Counted from the whole stretch's first letter, positions 39,326 through 49,559 are shown. The stretch is 59,318 nucleotides of DNA, filler included, from 5 parts of 5 records of this genome joined end to end with filler, not necessarily neighbours in it; one strand, 5' to 3'. Program-made: numbers and translations. Notes: generated by a model not told the origin, from the sequence alone.

Positions 39326-39413
39326 TGCCACCTAGACACAAAGAGCTTGCCCGTTTGTGTTGCTGCGTTTTGTGGCCTTTGTGTCTCTGTGGCCTTTGTG
39401 TCTCTGTGGCGAA
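39326..39413. repeat. 9-mer-based imperfect inverted repeat, copy 3
   Basis: GCCACCTAGACACAAAG ... TGTGGCCTTTGTGTCTCTGTGGCCTTTGTGTCTCTGTGGC, including an 18-bp tandem duplication. Confidence 0.8.
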
Positions 39414-39419
39414 TCGCAC

Positions 39420-40458
39420 TCAGGTAGTCGCGATTTCTTCGCTATGTTCCAGTTCGATGGGCGGCAATGGATCTTCCATGTTCGTCCAGGCTTCCGGGCC
39501 TTGAGCAAACTCCATGTCCGTCAGCAAGCAGTCATCGAGAATCTGGGTGATTCGTTCTTGGTTCATCGTATTTCCGATGAAGACCAATTCTTGATGGCGA
39601 TCGCCGTGTTCACCGACGAATTTCGATCGAATCTCTGCAATGGACTCTTCGTCATCCGGCCATTCGTTTTCCGGTGCGGCTGCCCACCAGAAACCGGCTG
39701 GGTTCATTCGGATCGAGCAACCGGCTTGTGACCAGTCGTAGGCCCAGTCGTGACGCGACGCGATCCACATCAATCCTTTGCTGCGAAGCACTCCGGTGAA
39801 CAAGCCTTCTTCCATGTCAGCATCCAGAGCGTTCGTCAACCGCTTGGGATGGAATGGGCGATGGGCTCGATAAACGAAATTTGAGATGCCATATTCCTCG
39901 GTCTCGGTTTCCTCTTCCCCACGAGGCACCTCCAACCACCCTGGCTGCGTCTCGGCTTCACTTAAAGAGTAGAGTCCGGTGCCCATGATTTCGGATAGCT
40001 CAACACGGCTTTCCGTCGTGGTCAGAATTTTGGCTTCAGCGTTGAGTTGACGCAGAATCCGTGTGAGCTGCTCCAGTTCATACGGCGAGATCAAATCGGT
40101 TTTGTTGACCAGGATGACGTTGGCGAATTCGACTTGATCGACCAACAAGTCCACAATGTTGCGAGTGTCCTCTTCGCTCAATCCCAACCGTCGGTCGGTG
40201 AGATCATCCCAGGAGCCGAAGTTTTTCATGAAATTTCCCGCGTCGACCACGGTCACCATCGTGTCCAGTTCCGCGACGAGGGACAGACTCTCGCCCTCTT
40301 CGTCTTCGAAAGTAAAGGTTTCCGCGACCGGCATCGGTTCGGAGATACCAGTGGATTCGATCAGCAGATAATCAAAGCGGCCATCGCGAGCTAATCGGCG
40401 AACTTCGATGAGCAAGTCTTCGCGAAGCGTGCAGCAGATGCAGCCGTTGGACATCTCG
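39420..40458 (-). CDS. COG0523 metallochaperone GTPase (CobW/ZigA/YciC-like), 5' truncated
   Basis: MSNGCICC (GCxCC), ESTGISEP, VNKTD, RPFHP, LRSKG and QELVFIG. Confidence 0.93.
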
Positions 40459-40558
40459 NNNNNNNNNNNNNNNNNNNNNNNNNNNNNNNNNNNNNNNNNN
40501 NNTTAATTAATTAANNNNNNNNNNNNNNNNNNNNNNNNNNNNNNNNNNNNNNNNNNNN
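40459..40558. other. Artificial contig linker
   Basis: 44 N + TTAATTAATTAA + 44 N. Confidence 0.99.
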
Positions 40559-41413
40559 CGCGCCGCACAGATGGGTCACGCCGTGGTCTGCAATCAGGTC
40601 ATAGATCGGTTTGGCGCGGACCCAGCGCAGGCAGATATGGGTGCCCGCCTGAACCGCGACACTCCACGAAAAGCTCCAGCCGTTGCAATGGAACAGCGGC
40701 AGCGTCCACAGATAGACGGGGTGCCGCCCCAACTCGCCATGGATCACCATGTTCAGCGCCATCAGCGCCGCACCCCGGTGGTGGCAGACGACCCCTTTGG
40801 GGTTGCCGGTGGTGCCCGAGGTGTAGTTCAGGGAAATCGCGTTCCACTCATCGCGCAGGGGCGGTGCCACATAGTCAGCCGACCCCGAGGCCAGCAGTGC
40901 CGCATAGTCCATGATCCCGATCAGCGGTCCTTTGGGATAGGGAGCATCGTCGGGGTAGACCGGATCGTCATAGTCGATCACGACGGGCAGCGCGGAGGAT
41001 GTCATCAGGCTCAGGGCTTCGGCGGCCAGATCCGAAAACTCGCGGTCGACGATCAGAACCTTGGATTCGGCGTGATCCAGTTGAAAAGCGATGGCACGGG
41101 CGTCCAGACGGTAGTTCAGCGAATGCAGAACGGCGCCATCGGCCATGGCGACACCATAATGCGCCTCGATCATCGGCGGCGTGTTCGACAACAGCACCGA
41201 AACCGTGTCCCCGTGCCCAATGCCCAGCCCGACGAGGCCCGAGCCCAGCCGCACGCAGTTTTCCCAAAGCTGGCGATAGCTGATCCGGTCCGGCCCGTGG
41301 ATCACCGCCACACGTTCGGGATAGGTCAGCGCCGCCCGTTCCAGATAGGACAGGGGCGACATCGGTTGGTGGTTGGCCGGACAGCGGTCCAGGTCGGTGT
41401 CATAGATGCTCAT
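40559..41413 (-). CDS. Acyl-CoA synthetase (AMP-binding), 3' truncated
   Basis: SPLSYLERAA, LNYTSGTTGNPKGV and YLWTLPLFHCNGW. Confidence 0.92.
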
Positions 41414-41439
41414 GCGCGGAGATCCCTGGTCTGTGTGCA

Positions 41440-41835
41440 TCAACGCGCCCGCTTTTGCAGTTCGCCAACGGGGTGGCCGTCGGATTTCCAGCCGCTGAAG
41501 CCGCCGCGCAGGCTGCGGGCGTCCAGACCCATTTCCTGCGCCACTTTCGCAGCCAGCAGCGACCGCCAGCCCGAGGCGCAATAGAAGACATAGGTTTTGC
41601 CCTCGGCAAAACGCGGCTTGTGATAGGGGCTGGCCGGGTCAATCCAGAACTCAAGCATCCCGCGCGGGGCGTGAAAGGCGTCGGGGATCATGCCTTCGCG
41701 TTCCAGTTCACGGGGGTCACGGATGTCGACCATCACGATATCTTCCGCACCCAGTTGTGCTGCCATATCCGCGGCATCGACCGAAGTCACCTTGGCGTCG
41801 GCTTCGTCCAGCATCTGTTGGTATCCAATGGCCAT
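41440..41835 (-). CDS. Single-domain rhodanese-like protein
   Basis: VDIRDPRE, PRGMLEFWIDP, FYCASGWRS and GGFSGW. Confidence 0.92.
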   Translation of the reverse strand: MAIGYQQMLDEADAKVTSVDAADMAAQLGAEDIVMVDIRDPRELEREGMIPDAFHAPRGMLEFWIDPASPYHKPRFAEGKTYVFYCASGWRSLLAAKVAQEMGLDARSLRGGFSGWKSDGHPVGELQKRAR

Positions 41836-41838
41836 GTC

Positions 41839-42408
41839 CTAGCGCCCCATGTTGTAGAATTCAGCGTTCGGTTTCATGCTGGTCAGGTTGGCCAGCCGGT
41901 TGGACATGCCGAAAAACGCGGTGATCGCGCCAATGTCCCAGATGTCTTCCTCGCTGAACCCGTGCGATTTCAGCGTTTCCACATCGGTCTCGTCGACCTC
42001 GTAGGCGCGGGCCGAAACCTTCATGGCGAAATCCAGCATCGCGCGCTGGCGCGGGGTGATGTCCGCCTTGCGGTAGTTGATCGCCACCTGATCGGCAATC
42101 TGCGGGTCCTTGGCGCGGATGCGCAGGATCGCACCGTGGGCGACCACGCAATACTGGCATTGGTTGGCGTTCGACGTGGCGACGACGATCATTTCACGCT
42201 CGGCCTTGGTGATGTCGCCGGGTTTGTCCATCAGGGCGTCGTGATAGGCGAAAAAGGCGCGGAATTCTTCCGGTCTGTGGGCCAGCGTCAGAAAGACGTT
42301 CGGCACGAACCCCGATTTTTCCTGAACCGCCAGAATGCGGTCGCGCAGATCCTCGGGCAGGTCCTTGATCTCGGGCACCGGAAAGCGGCTGATGGATGTG
42401 TTGGTCAT
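41839..42408 (-). CDS. Peroxidase-related AhpD/CMD family protein
   Basis: GFVPNVF, EREMIVVATS..NQCQYCVVAHG and MSNR. Confidence 0.92.
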   Translation of the reverse strand: MTNTSISRFPVPEIKDLPEDLRDRILAVQEKSGFVPNVFLTLAHRPEEFRAFFAYHDALMDKPGDITKAEREMIVVATSNANQCQYCVVAHGAILRIRAKDPQIADQVAINYRKADITPRQRAMLDFAMKVSARAYEVDETDVETLKSHGFSEEDIWDIGAITAFFGMSNRLANLTSMKPNAEFYNMGR

Positions 42409-42420
42409 GAAAGTCCTTCC

Positions 42421-44727
42421 TTAGGTCAAAAGCGCAGTCAGTTGCGCCTGATAGATTTCGATGGCATCGCCCGGATTATCGTCATGCGGCGCGATCCGAA
42501 CCAGACAGGTCTGTGCAGAACAGCCCTGCCCGAATTGCGAGGTGCCGACATCCATCGTCAGCACGTTGGGATTGCCGGCCAGTTCCGGCCCCTCGGCCTG
42601 CTCGGTCAGCCATGCGCCCGTGGGCAGCACCGCGACGCCGGGGCGTTGGTCAGCGGTCAGTCTGGCGGTGGCAAGGCAGGCGCCGCGATCGTTCCACAGG
42701 CGCACGGTCTGCCCGTCGGTGATGCCGCGCGCGGCGGCGTCATCGGGGTTCAGGCGCACCTGTTCGCGGCCGTTGCGTTTTTCCTCGCGGCTGGATGGGC
42801 CGGTTTCCAGCTGGCTGTGCAGCCGTCCCTTGGGTTGATGGGACAGCAGGTGCAACGCGTCGGTTGCACCCGGCGCCCCCAGCCATTCGGCGGGCGGAAT
42901 CCACGCGGGATGTGCGCGGCAATCGTCATAGCCAAGCTTCGCCAGTGCGGCGCTGCCCAAGACGATCTTGCCGCTTTCCGTGGCCAGCGGCGCGGCCTGC
43001 GGGTCGGCGCGAAAGTTAGCCAGATAAGTGTGATTGTGCTGGACCGGGCAGGCGGCGAAACCCTGCTCCCAAAAGGTGTCAAAGTCGGGCATGTCAAAGT
43101 CCAGCCGCTCCCGCACATCGGTCCGGCTGAGGTCATAGAGATGCCGCACCCACCCCATTTCGTCGCGGCCTTCGTCAAAGTCCGCCCTGACGCCCAGCTT
43201 TTCCGAAATGCGGCTGAAAATCTCGAAATCCGACAGCGCCTGACCCATCGGGGCAACCGCCTGATGCATGGCAAGGATGTAATCCGACCGCCGGTTCCCA
43301 GCCAGATCGTTCCGCTCGAGCGAGGTCGAGGCCGGCAGGATGATATCGGCGCGCCGCGCGGTGGCCGTCATCATCGGGTCCTGCACGATGATGGTTTCGG
43401 GACGGGTCCATGCCTCGCTCAGCCGGTTCAGGTCCTGATGGTGGTGGAACGGGTTGCCGCCCGCCCAATAGACCAGCCGCGCGTCGGGGTAATTGCGGGT
43501 CTCGCCCTGATAGGTGAACGGGGTACCGGGGTTCAGCAGCATGTCGGTGACCCGCGCCACGGGGATAAAGCTGCGGATCGCATCCGTGCCCCTGCTCATC
43601 GCCGGAGACTTGCCGGTCTGGATCGGCGCACCGACCCCGCCAAGCGATCCATAGCCATAGCCGACGCCACCACCGGGCAGGCCGATCTGGCCGATCATCG
43701 CGGCCAGACCCAGCGCGGCCCAGAACGGTTGTTCGCCGTGATGGGCGCGTTGCAGGCTCCAGCTGACGGTCAGCATGCTGCGGCTGTCGACCAGCTGCGC
43801 GGCAAGGGCGCGGATCGCCGTGGCATCCAGTCCGGTGATCTGGGCGGCCCAGTCTGCGTTTTTGACAACGCCGTCGTCGGCCCCGGTCAGATAAGACAGC
43901 AGCGTGTCCGCACCACTGGTGCAACGGTCCAGAAAATCACGGTCGTGCCGTCCGGCGGCGACGATTTCACCGGCCAGCCCCAGCATCAGCGCGGCGTCGG
44001 TGTTGGGCCGGATCGGCATCCATTCGGCGTTCAGCCAGTCGGGCAGGTCGTCGTGCAAGGGCGACACCAGCACGACCCTGACCCCGCGTTCAGCGATCCG
44101 GCGCAGGTGGGTTTCCAGCTGGTGCGTGCCGATGCCCCCCGCCTCGCTTTGCGAGGTGCGCGGAGACATCGCCCCGAACACGACCAGCGTTTCGGTGTGT
44201 TCGGCGATGTTGTCCAGCGTGTTCGAACCTCCACCACAGGCGCGCTCGTCGCCCAGCGTGTGCCGCAGGATCACCGGGCCTGCGGCAATCGAATAGGTGT
44301 CGACGTGGCCGGTATAGCCACCCACCAGATTCAACATCCGCTTGAGCAGGGTCGAGGCATGGTGAAAACGTCCGCAACTGGTCCAGCCATAGGACCCGGC
44401 AAAGATCGACGCGTTGCCATGGTCGCGCGCCACGCGCGAAATCTCGTCGGACACCAGCGTTGTCGCCTCGTCCCAGCTGACCGGCACAAACCGGTCCGAA
44501 CCGCGCTTGCGCCCGTCACTTGCGCCGCGGTTCTCCAGCCAGCCCTGCCGGACCAGAGGCTGTAGCACACGCCGGTCGCTCTTGGTCCATTCGGCCACGG
44601 AATGGATGATCGGCGACGGGGCAGGGTCGGGGCCGAACGGCTCGACCCCCACGATCTGATTGTCATCGACAAGGATCGTATAGGCACCCCAATGGCTGCA
44701 ATGCGGTACACGACGGACGTTGGACAT
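42421..44727 (-). CDS. Cytoplasmic Mo-bisPGD oxidoreductase (BisC/TorZ/DorA-like S-/N-oxide reductase)
   Basis: SHWG, RGSDRFVPVSWDEA, GSYGWTSCGRFH, DTYSIAAG (Ser ligand), YWAGGNPFHHH and RLHSQ. No twin-Arg leader. Start at ATG 44727. Confidence 0.9.
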   Translation of the reverse strand: MSNVRRVPHCSHWGAYTILVDDNQIVGVEPFGPDPAPSPIIHSVAEWTKSDRRVLQPLVRQGWLENRGASDGRKRGSDRFVPVSWDEATTLVSDEISRVARDHGNASIFAGSYGWTSCGRFHHASTLLKRMLNLVGGYTGHVDTYSIAAGPVILRHTLGDERACGGGSNTLDNIAEHTETLVVFGAMSPRTSQSEAGGIGTHQLETHLRRIAERGVRVVLVSPLHDDLPDWLNAEWMPIRPNTDAALMLGLAGEIVAAGRHDRDFLDRCTSGADTLLSYLTGADDGVVKNADWAAQITGLDATAIRALAAQLVDSRSMLTVSWSLQRAHHGEQPFWAALGLAAMIGQIGLPGGGVGYGYGSLGGVGAPIQTGKSPAMSRGTDAIRSFIPVARVTDMLLNPGTPFTYQGETRNYPDARLVYWAGGNPFHHHQDLNRLSEAWTRPETIIVQDPMMTATARRADIILPASTSLERNDLAGNRRSDYILAMHQAVAPMGQALSDFEIFSRISEKLGVRADFDEGRDEMGWVRHLYDLSRTDVRERLDFDMPDFDTFWEQGFAACPVQHNHTYLANFRADPQAAPLATESGKIVLGSAALAKLGYDDCRAHPAWIPPAEWLGAPGATDALHLLSHQPKGRLHSQLETGPSSREEKRNGREQVRLNPDDAAARGITDGQTVRLWNDRGACLATARLTADQRPGVAVLPTGAWLTEQAEGPELAGNPNVLTMDVGTSQFGQGCSAQTCLVRIAPHDDNPGDAIEIYQAQLTALLT

Positions 44728-44741
44728 GGCGACAGGCCCTT

Positions 44742-46295
44742 TCATATCAAGGCTTCGATCAGGAACGGCCCACGGCGCTGGCAGGCCGCGCGCAGCAGGT
44801 CGCTGAATTCTTCGACGGTGCTGGCGCTGGCGGCTTCGACACCCATGCCGCGCGCAAGGCTGACCCAGTCCAGCGCAGGGTTGTCCAGATCCAGCATCCG
44901 GCTGGCGTTGCGCCCGGCGGTGCCTGCGCCCACGTCTTTCAGCTCGCCGTGCAGGATCTGGTAGCGGCGGTTGGCAAAGACGATGGTGACCACATCCAGT
45001 TCCTCGCGCGCTTGTGTCCACAGCGCCTGAACCGTGTACATGCCCGACCCGTCCGCTTGCAGGGTGATCACCTTGCGGTCCGGGCAGGCGACGGCGGCAC
45101 CGGTGGCCAGCGGCATGCCGACACCGATGGCCCCACCGGTCAATTGCAGGAAATCATGGGGTGCCGCGCCATAGGTGTGGCGGAAAAAGTCGCGGCCCGA
45201 GGTCACGGATTCGTCGCAAACAATGGCATTGTCGGGCATGTGATGCGCCAGTGCGACGGCGATGGCATCCGGCGTCAGCGTGCCGCTGGGCATGTCGGGC
45301 TTGGCGCGGGACGCATGGCGCGCGGCGGGGCTGTTTGCCATGCCGAATTCATCCGCAAGCGCGGCAATGGCTGCTGGCAGATCGCTGCCCGCATCGGCCA
45401 TATCGATCACCTCGCAGCTTTCGGGCAACATCTTGCCGGGCTTTCCGGGATAGGCAAAAAAGCCGACCGGTGCTTTGGCGCCGATCAGGATCACCTGTTC
45501 GGTTTCGGCAAAGGTCGCAAGGGCCAGATCGATCTTGTAGGGCACCCGATCAACGGCAACGCGCCCCGCGCCGCGCATCATGCGACCGTTCGATTGCTGC
45601 GCCATCAACCGCGCGCCGCTGCTTTGGGCGATGCGGTCCAGCGTGTCCAGTTCGGCATCGCGCAACGCCTTGCCCGAGATCAGGATCGTGGTGGTGCGCC
45701 CGTTGCGCAGGGCGGTGGCGGCCTGTCTGATGCGCGCGGCATCCGGTGCTGTGGGCTGCGGCGGAGTAATGGCCACCGGATCACCAGCAGGCGCGGCCCC
45801 CCACGAGGCATCGGCGGGCAGGATCAGCGTGGCAATCTGGCCCGGCGCGGTAAAGGCGGCTGAAATCGCCTCTTCTGCTGTAGAGCCAAGCGTTTCGGGA
45901 CTGTCCGCGCGTCCGACCCAATGCGACATCGGCCGCGCCAGGCTTTCGATATCCGAGGTCAGCGGCGCGTCAAGCTCCAGGTGATAGGTCGCGTGATCGC
46001 CAACGACGTTGACCATCGGGCTGCCGGCACGCCGCGCGTTGTGCAGGTTGGCCAGCCCGTTCGCCAGCCCCGGCCCCAGGTGCAGCAGGGTCGCGGCGGG
46101 CTTTTCCGCCATACGGGCGTATCCGTCGGCAGCGCCTGTGACCACACCCTCGAACAGACCCAGCACGCAGCGCATCGCTGGCTGGCGGTCCAGTGCCGCG
46201 ACAAAGTGCATTTCAGAGGTGCCCGGATTGGCAAAGCAGGTGTCAATTCCGTTGGCCAGCAGGGTATCGCAAAGCAGGTCGGCGCCGATTTTCAT
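44742..46295 (-). CDS. Thiamine diphosphate-dependent enzyme (acetolactate synthase large-subunit-like)
   Basis: CFANPGTSEMHFV, LFEGVVTGAADGYARM and ADGSGMYTVQALWT...N. Confidence 0.9.
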   Translation of the reverse strand: MKIGADLLCDTLLANGIDTCFANPGTSEMHFVAALDRQPAMRCVLGLFEGVVTGAADGYARMAEKPAATLLHLGPGLANGLANLHNARRAGSPMVNVVGDHATYHLELDAPLTSDIESLARPMSHWVGRADSPETLGSTAEEAISAAFTAPGQIATLILPADASWGAAPAGDPVAITPPQPTAPDAARIRQAATALRNGRTTTILISGKALRDAELDTLDRIAQSSGARLMAQQSNGRMMRGAGRVAVDRVPYKIDLALATFAETEQVILIGAKAPVGFFAYPGKPGKMLPESCEVIDMADAGSDLPAAIAALADEFGMANSPAARHASRAKPDMPSGTLTPDAIAVALAHHMPDNAIVCDESVTSGRDFFRHTYGAAPHDFLQLTGGAIGVGMPLATGAAVACPDRKVITLQADGSGMYTVQALWTQAREELDVVTIVFANRRYQILHGELKDVGAGTAGRNASRMLDLDNPALDWVSLARGMGVEAASASTVEEFSDLLRAACQRRGPFLIEALI

Positions 46296-47791
46296 GGTGT
46301 GTCCTCGTTCAGATGTGCAGCGGCGTCCGCGATGTCGGACAATGCCGCCCAATGGGGTGATGTTGTGTCGACCAGATCGCGGAAGGATGCAAATTTTGCA
46401 TCTGCATAGCGCGCGACCGGGCCGGATTGGGGTGTGATGCAGTCTTCGGACGGGCCGATCCAATGGGCCGCGATATCGGCAGGGGAAGCGCCCAGAAGAT
46501 GTGTTGCCGCAATCGCGGCCAGCCCGCGCGGGCCAGCGTGCGCCGTCGGGCTGCGCACCACCGGCGTGCCAAGGCAGGTGGCCAGAAACCGCGCGAAATC
46601 CGCATCCCGCGCCAGCCCGCCACCCAGCGACAATGCGCCTTGGGCGGCACCCATCATCATGTGACTGGCCCGCGCGACAAAGGCCAGCGCCTCGCGTCCG
46701 GCCCATGCGATCTGCTGCGGCGTCGTAGCGGCACTCAGCCCGAACAAGGCGGCGCTGGCCTGCGGGTCGGTCCAGGGCGCGCGTTCGCCGCCCGGCTCGA
46801 AAAAGGGATGCACCACCAGCCCTGAATAGGCGGGTGACACCGACGATGGCAGGTCGCGGAACTGTCCCTGCAAATGCTGCAACAGGGTCGCTCCGTTAAA
46901 ACAGGGGTGAAAGCACAGGAACCCGTCGCCCAGCACGAATTGCTGTACCATCGCCCCGCGTGGTTTCTGTGGCATCGTGTCAGGATCATCCAGCAGACAG
47001 GCGTGAATCGCACTGGTGCCAAAGACCGACGCCCGCGTGACCTCGGGACGTGTGCCCAGCCCCAGACCGATCAGCGTCGCCTGCACATCACCCGGCCCCA
47101 TCAGCACCGGCAGGCCGGCGGGCAGGCCGCAAGCCTGCGCTGCGGACGCCGACAATGACGCGCGGCATTGGCCCACGGGGGCGAATTCGGGCAGAACGTC
47201 GAGGCCACGGGTCAGCCCCAGCACCTTTGGTATCTCTGCCGACATCCGGCCATCGCGCCAGCTGCCCCAGACCGGCAAGGCGGCGCTGGGCTCGGCCAAC
47301 AGGGTGCCGGTAAGGGCGTAGAACAACCAGTCTTTCAGGCGCAGGATTTTTGCGATCCGCTGAAAACGGTCAGGCTCATGGCGTTGCAGCCAGAGCAGTT
47401 GCAGGCTTTGCGCGGCGGCGGTGGGGCGCGATCCGGTGATGTCCTCGATCCGGTCCAGTGCATCGCCCAGTTCGCTGACCAGCCCCCGCGCCCGACCGTC
47501 CAGCCATGTCAGCGCAGGCCCGACCGGCTGGCCGTCTGCATCCAGCGGCCACAGCCCGTCGCCCTGTCCCGTCAGGATCAGCCCCTGGGGTGCGTGACCC
47601 GGCGCGCGCGCCATGCAATCGCGCAGCGCCCGTACAGCCAGTTCGCGCGAGGCATCCATGTCCTGTTCAACCCGCGCGCCGGAGCGCGTCAGCGAAGTGT
47701 TTGGCAAATCCACATGCGCCAGCAGCTGCCCCGAGGCATCAAAGGCGGCGGCCTTGACCGCCGTCGTGCCGCTGTCCAGACACAGGATCAC
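46292..47791 (-). CDS. FGGY carbohydrate kinase (EryA/L-xylulokinase-like)
   Basis: LDSGTTAVKA, TGQGDGLW, WLDGR, GPGD, GERAP and LGGG. Confidence 0.88.
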   Translation of the reverse strand: MILCLDSGTTAVKAAAFDASGQLLAHVDLPNTSLTRSGARVEQDMDASRELAVRALRDCMARAPGHAPQGLILTGQGDGLWPLDADGQPVGPALTWLDGRARGLVSELGDALDRIEDITGSRPTAAAQSLQLLWLQRHEPDRFQRIAKILRLKDWLFYALTGTLLAEPSAALPVWGSWRDGRMSAEIPKVLGLTRGLDVLPEFAPVGQCRASLSASAAQACGLPAGLPVLMGPGDVQATLIGLGLGTRPEVTRASVFGTSAIHACLLDDPDTMPQKPRGAMVQQFVLGDGFLCFHPCFNGATLLQHLQGQFRDLPSSVSPAYSGLVVHPFFEPGGERAPWTDPQASAALFGLSAATTPQQIAWAGREALAFVARASHMMMGAAQGALSLGGGLARDADFARFLATCLGTPVVRSPTAHAGPRGLAAIAATHLLGASPADIAAHWIGPSEDCITPQSGPVARYADAKFASFRDLVDTTSPHWAALSDIADAAAHLNEDTP

Positions 47792-47803
47792 AGGGGCAAC
47801 GTG

Positions 47804-48481
47804 TTACGACGCATGTCGCAGACCTTCTTGAACCTCGGGAGTCTGCTGGCCGTAGGTCTTGAATTTCTCAAGCACCACGGCGATCTGCGCTTCGGACAGA
47901 ACCGGCGGTTCGCCCATGGGCAGCAGGGCCAGCAATTGCGTCGCCAGTTCTTCCACGGTCACCGCCAGCGCCAGCGCGCGTGCAATGGACACATGTGCCG
48001 CGATCACGCCGTGATGCGCCATCAGACAGGCGCGGCGGCCCTCAAGAGCCTTGACCACTTCGTGGGCCAGTTCCTGCGTGCCGAACAGCTCATAGGGGGC
48101 ACAGCGGATGCTGTCCCCGCCGGCGGCCGCAATCGAATAGTGGATGGCCGGGATATCACTGCCCAGTACGGACACGCTGGTCGCCTTGGTCGAATGGGTG
48201 TGCACAACGGCGTTCAGCTCGGGGCGCGCTTGCAGGATGTCGCGGTGAAAGCGCCATTCGCTGGACGGCAATACGTCGCCCGTAAACGAGGCATCCCAGT
48301 TCATCGCAACCACATGTTCGGGGCGCAGCTTGTCATAGGGAATGCCGGTGGGCGAAATCAGAAACCCGTCGCCATGGCGGACGCTGATGTTGCCCGCCGT
48401 GCCCTTGTTGATGCCCAGCCCGTTCATCGCGCGGCAGGCTTCGATCAGTTCGGTTCGCGAGGTCAGCTCTTGGTCGGTCAT
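47804..48481 (-). CDS. Class II aldolase (FucA-like)
   Basis: GTAGNIS, PSSEWRFH, VHTHS and LMAHHG. Confidence 0.92.
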   Translation of the reverse strand: MTDQELTSRTELIEACRAMNGLGINKGTAGNISVRHGDGFLISPTGIPYDKLRPEHVVAMNWDASFTGDVLPSSEWRFHRDILQARPELNAVVHTHSTKATSVSVLGSDIPAIHYSIAAAGGDSIRCAPYELFGTQELAHEVVKALEGRRACLMAHHGVIAAHVSIARALALAVTVEELATQLLALLPMGEPPVLSEAQIAVVLEKFKTYGQQTPEVQEGLRHAS

Positions 48482-48491
48482 GTCTCTATCC

Positions 48492-49550
48492 TCAGGTGCA
48501 CAGGTTGTGGGGCGTGTCGCCGGCCAGAAAACGCGCGATGTCCTCTGCGATCACGGTGGCGGCCTTTTTCGCAGAAAGCTTCGAGGCACCGGCGATATGT
48601 GGCGACAGGGTGACGTTTGGCAGTTGCAGCAACGGCATGTCGGCGGGCGGCGGTTCGGGGGTGAATGTGTCCAGCGCGGCACCGCGCAAATGCCCCGACA
48701 CCAACGCATCATACAGCGCGTCATAATCCAGGACCTGCCCGCGCGTGGTGTTCACGATATAGCCGCCGGGTTTCATCGCCGCGATCCGTTCGCGGCTGAT
48801 CATGCCGATGGTTTCGGGCGTCACACGCGGGTGCAGCGTGACCACATCCGCCTCGGCCAGCAGCGCGTCCAGCTCGGCCTTGCGAAAGCCTGCGGCGGTT
48901 TCCTCGGGGGTCAACGGCTTGAACGGGTCATAGATCACGATCTCGCACCCAAAGGGCTGCAACAGCCGCGCGACGCGGGTGCCGATGTCGCCATAGCCGA
49001 CGATGCCAACGGTCAGTTCGCCCAGTTCCGGGCCTGCGTTGTCATAGTGGTAATAGTCGCGGTTGAACGACCCGCTTTTCACCGCCAGATGCCCCCGGAT
49101 CAGGTTGCGCGTTTCCGCCAGCAACGAGGCCACGGTAAATTCAGCCACCGCCGATGCGTTGCGGCCGGGCGTGTTGACCACGCTTAGCCCGCGGTCGCGG
49201 GCGGCAGGCATTTCAATGTTCACTGGCCCGCCGCGCGACACGGCGATCAGCTTCAGCGCGGGGGCATGGTCCATGCTGTGCGCGGTGATCGGTGCCAGAT
49301 GGGTCACCAGCACGTCCAGATCGGACAGGAAGTCAAAGTAATCCTCGGGCCTGCCGACGAATTCCCCCACGGGCAGATCAGGATCGACCTTGGTCGATTT
49401 GACATGCAGCGGCCAATCCAGTTCCATTTCGCGGAAGGTGATCTCGCGGTCCCCCAGCCGGGCTTCAAGCGCCTTGCGGAACAGGGCGGGCTGCATGAAC
49501 CCGTCACCGATGATGCCGATGGTCAGGGGCGTTGTGTCATGCGTCGTCAT
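48492..49550 (-). CDS. D-isomer-specific 2-hydroxyacid dehydrogenase family protein
   Basis: SRGGPVN, TPGRNASAVAE, GYGDIG, NTTRG, ALDTF..EP and SPHIAG. Confidence 0.92.
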   Translation of the reverse strand: MTTHDTTPLTIGIIGDGFMQPALFRKALEARLGDREITFREMELDWPLHVKSTKVDPDLPVGEFVGRPEDYFDFLSDLDVLVTHLAPITAHSMDHAPALKLIAVSRGGPVNIEMPAARDRGLSVVNTPGRNASAVAEFTVASLLAETRNLIRGHLAVKSGSFNRDYYHYDNAGPELGELTVGIVGYGDIGTRVARLLQPFGCEIVIYDPFKPLTPEETAAGFRKAELDALLAEADVVTLHPRVTPETIGMISRERIAAMKPGGYIVNTTRGQVLDYDALYDALVSGHLRGAALDTFTPEPPPADMPLLQLPNVTLSPHIAGASKLSAKKAATVIAEDIARFLAGDTPHNLCT

Positions 49551-49559
49551 GGGGGTGTC

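Noticed and set aside
39326..39413. Possible CRISPR-like repeats
   Set aside because: The units are 9/18-bp tandem and inverted repeats without unique regular spacers, and there are no cas genes.
41455..44565. 1036-aa plus-strand ORF
   Set aside because: Antisense shadow of the rhodanese, AhpD and Mo-enzyme genes in high-GC DNA; it has no motifs of its own.
42421..46706. Long N-terminal extensions in the ORF track (866-aa Mo enzyme, 654-aa ThDP enzyme)
   Set aside because: The extensions overlap upstream genes in other frames; family homology begins at 44727 and 46295, so these are not fusions.
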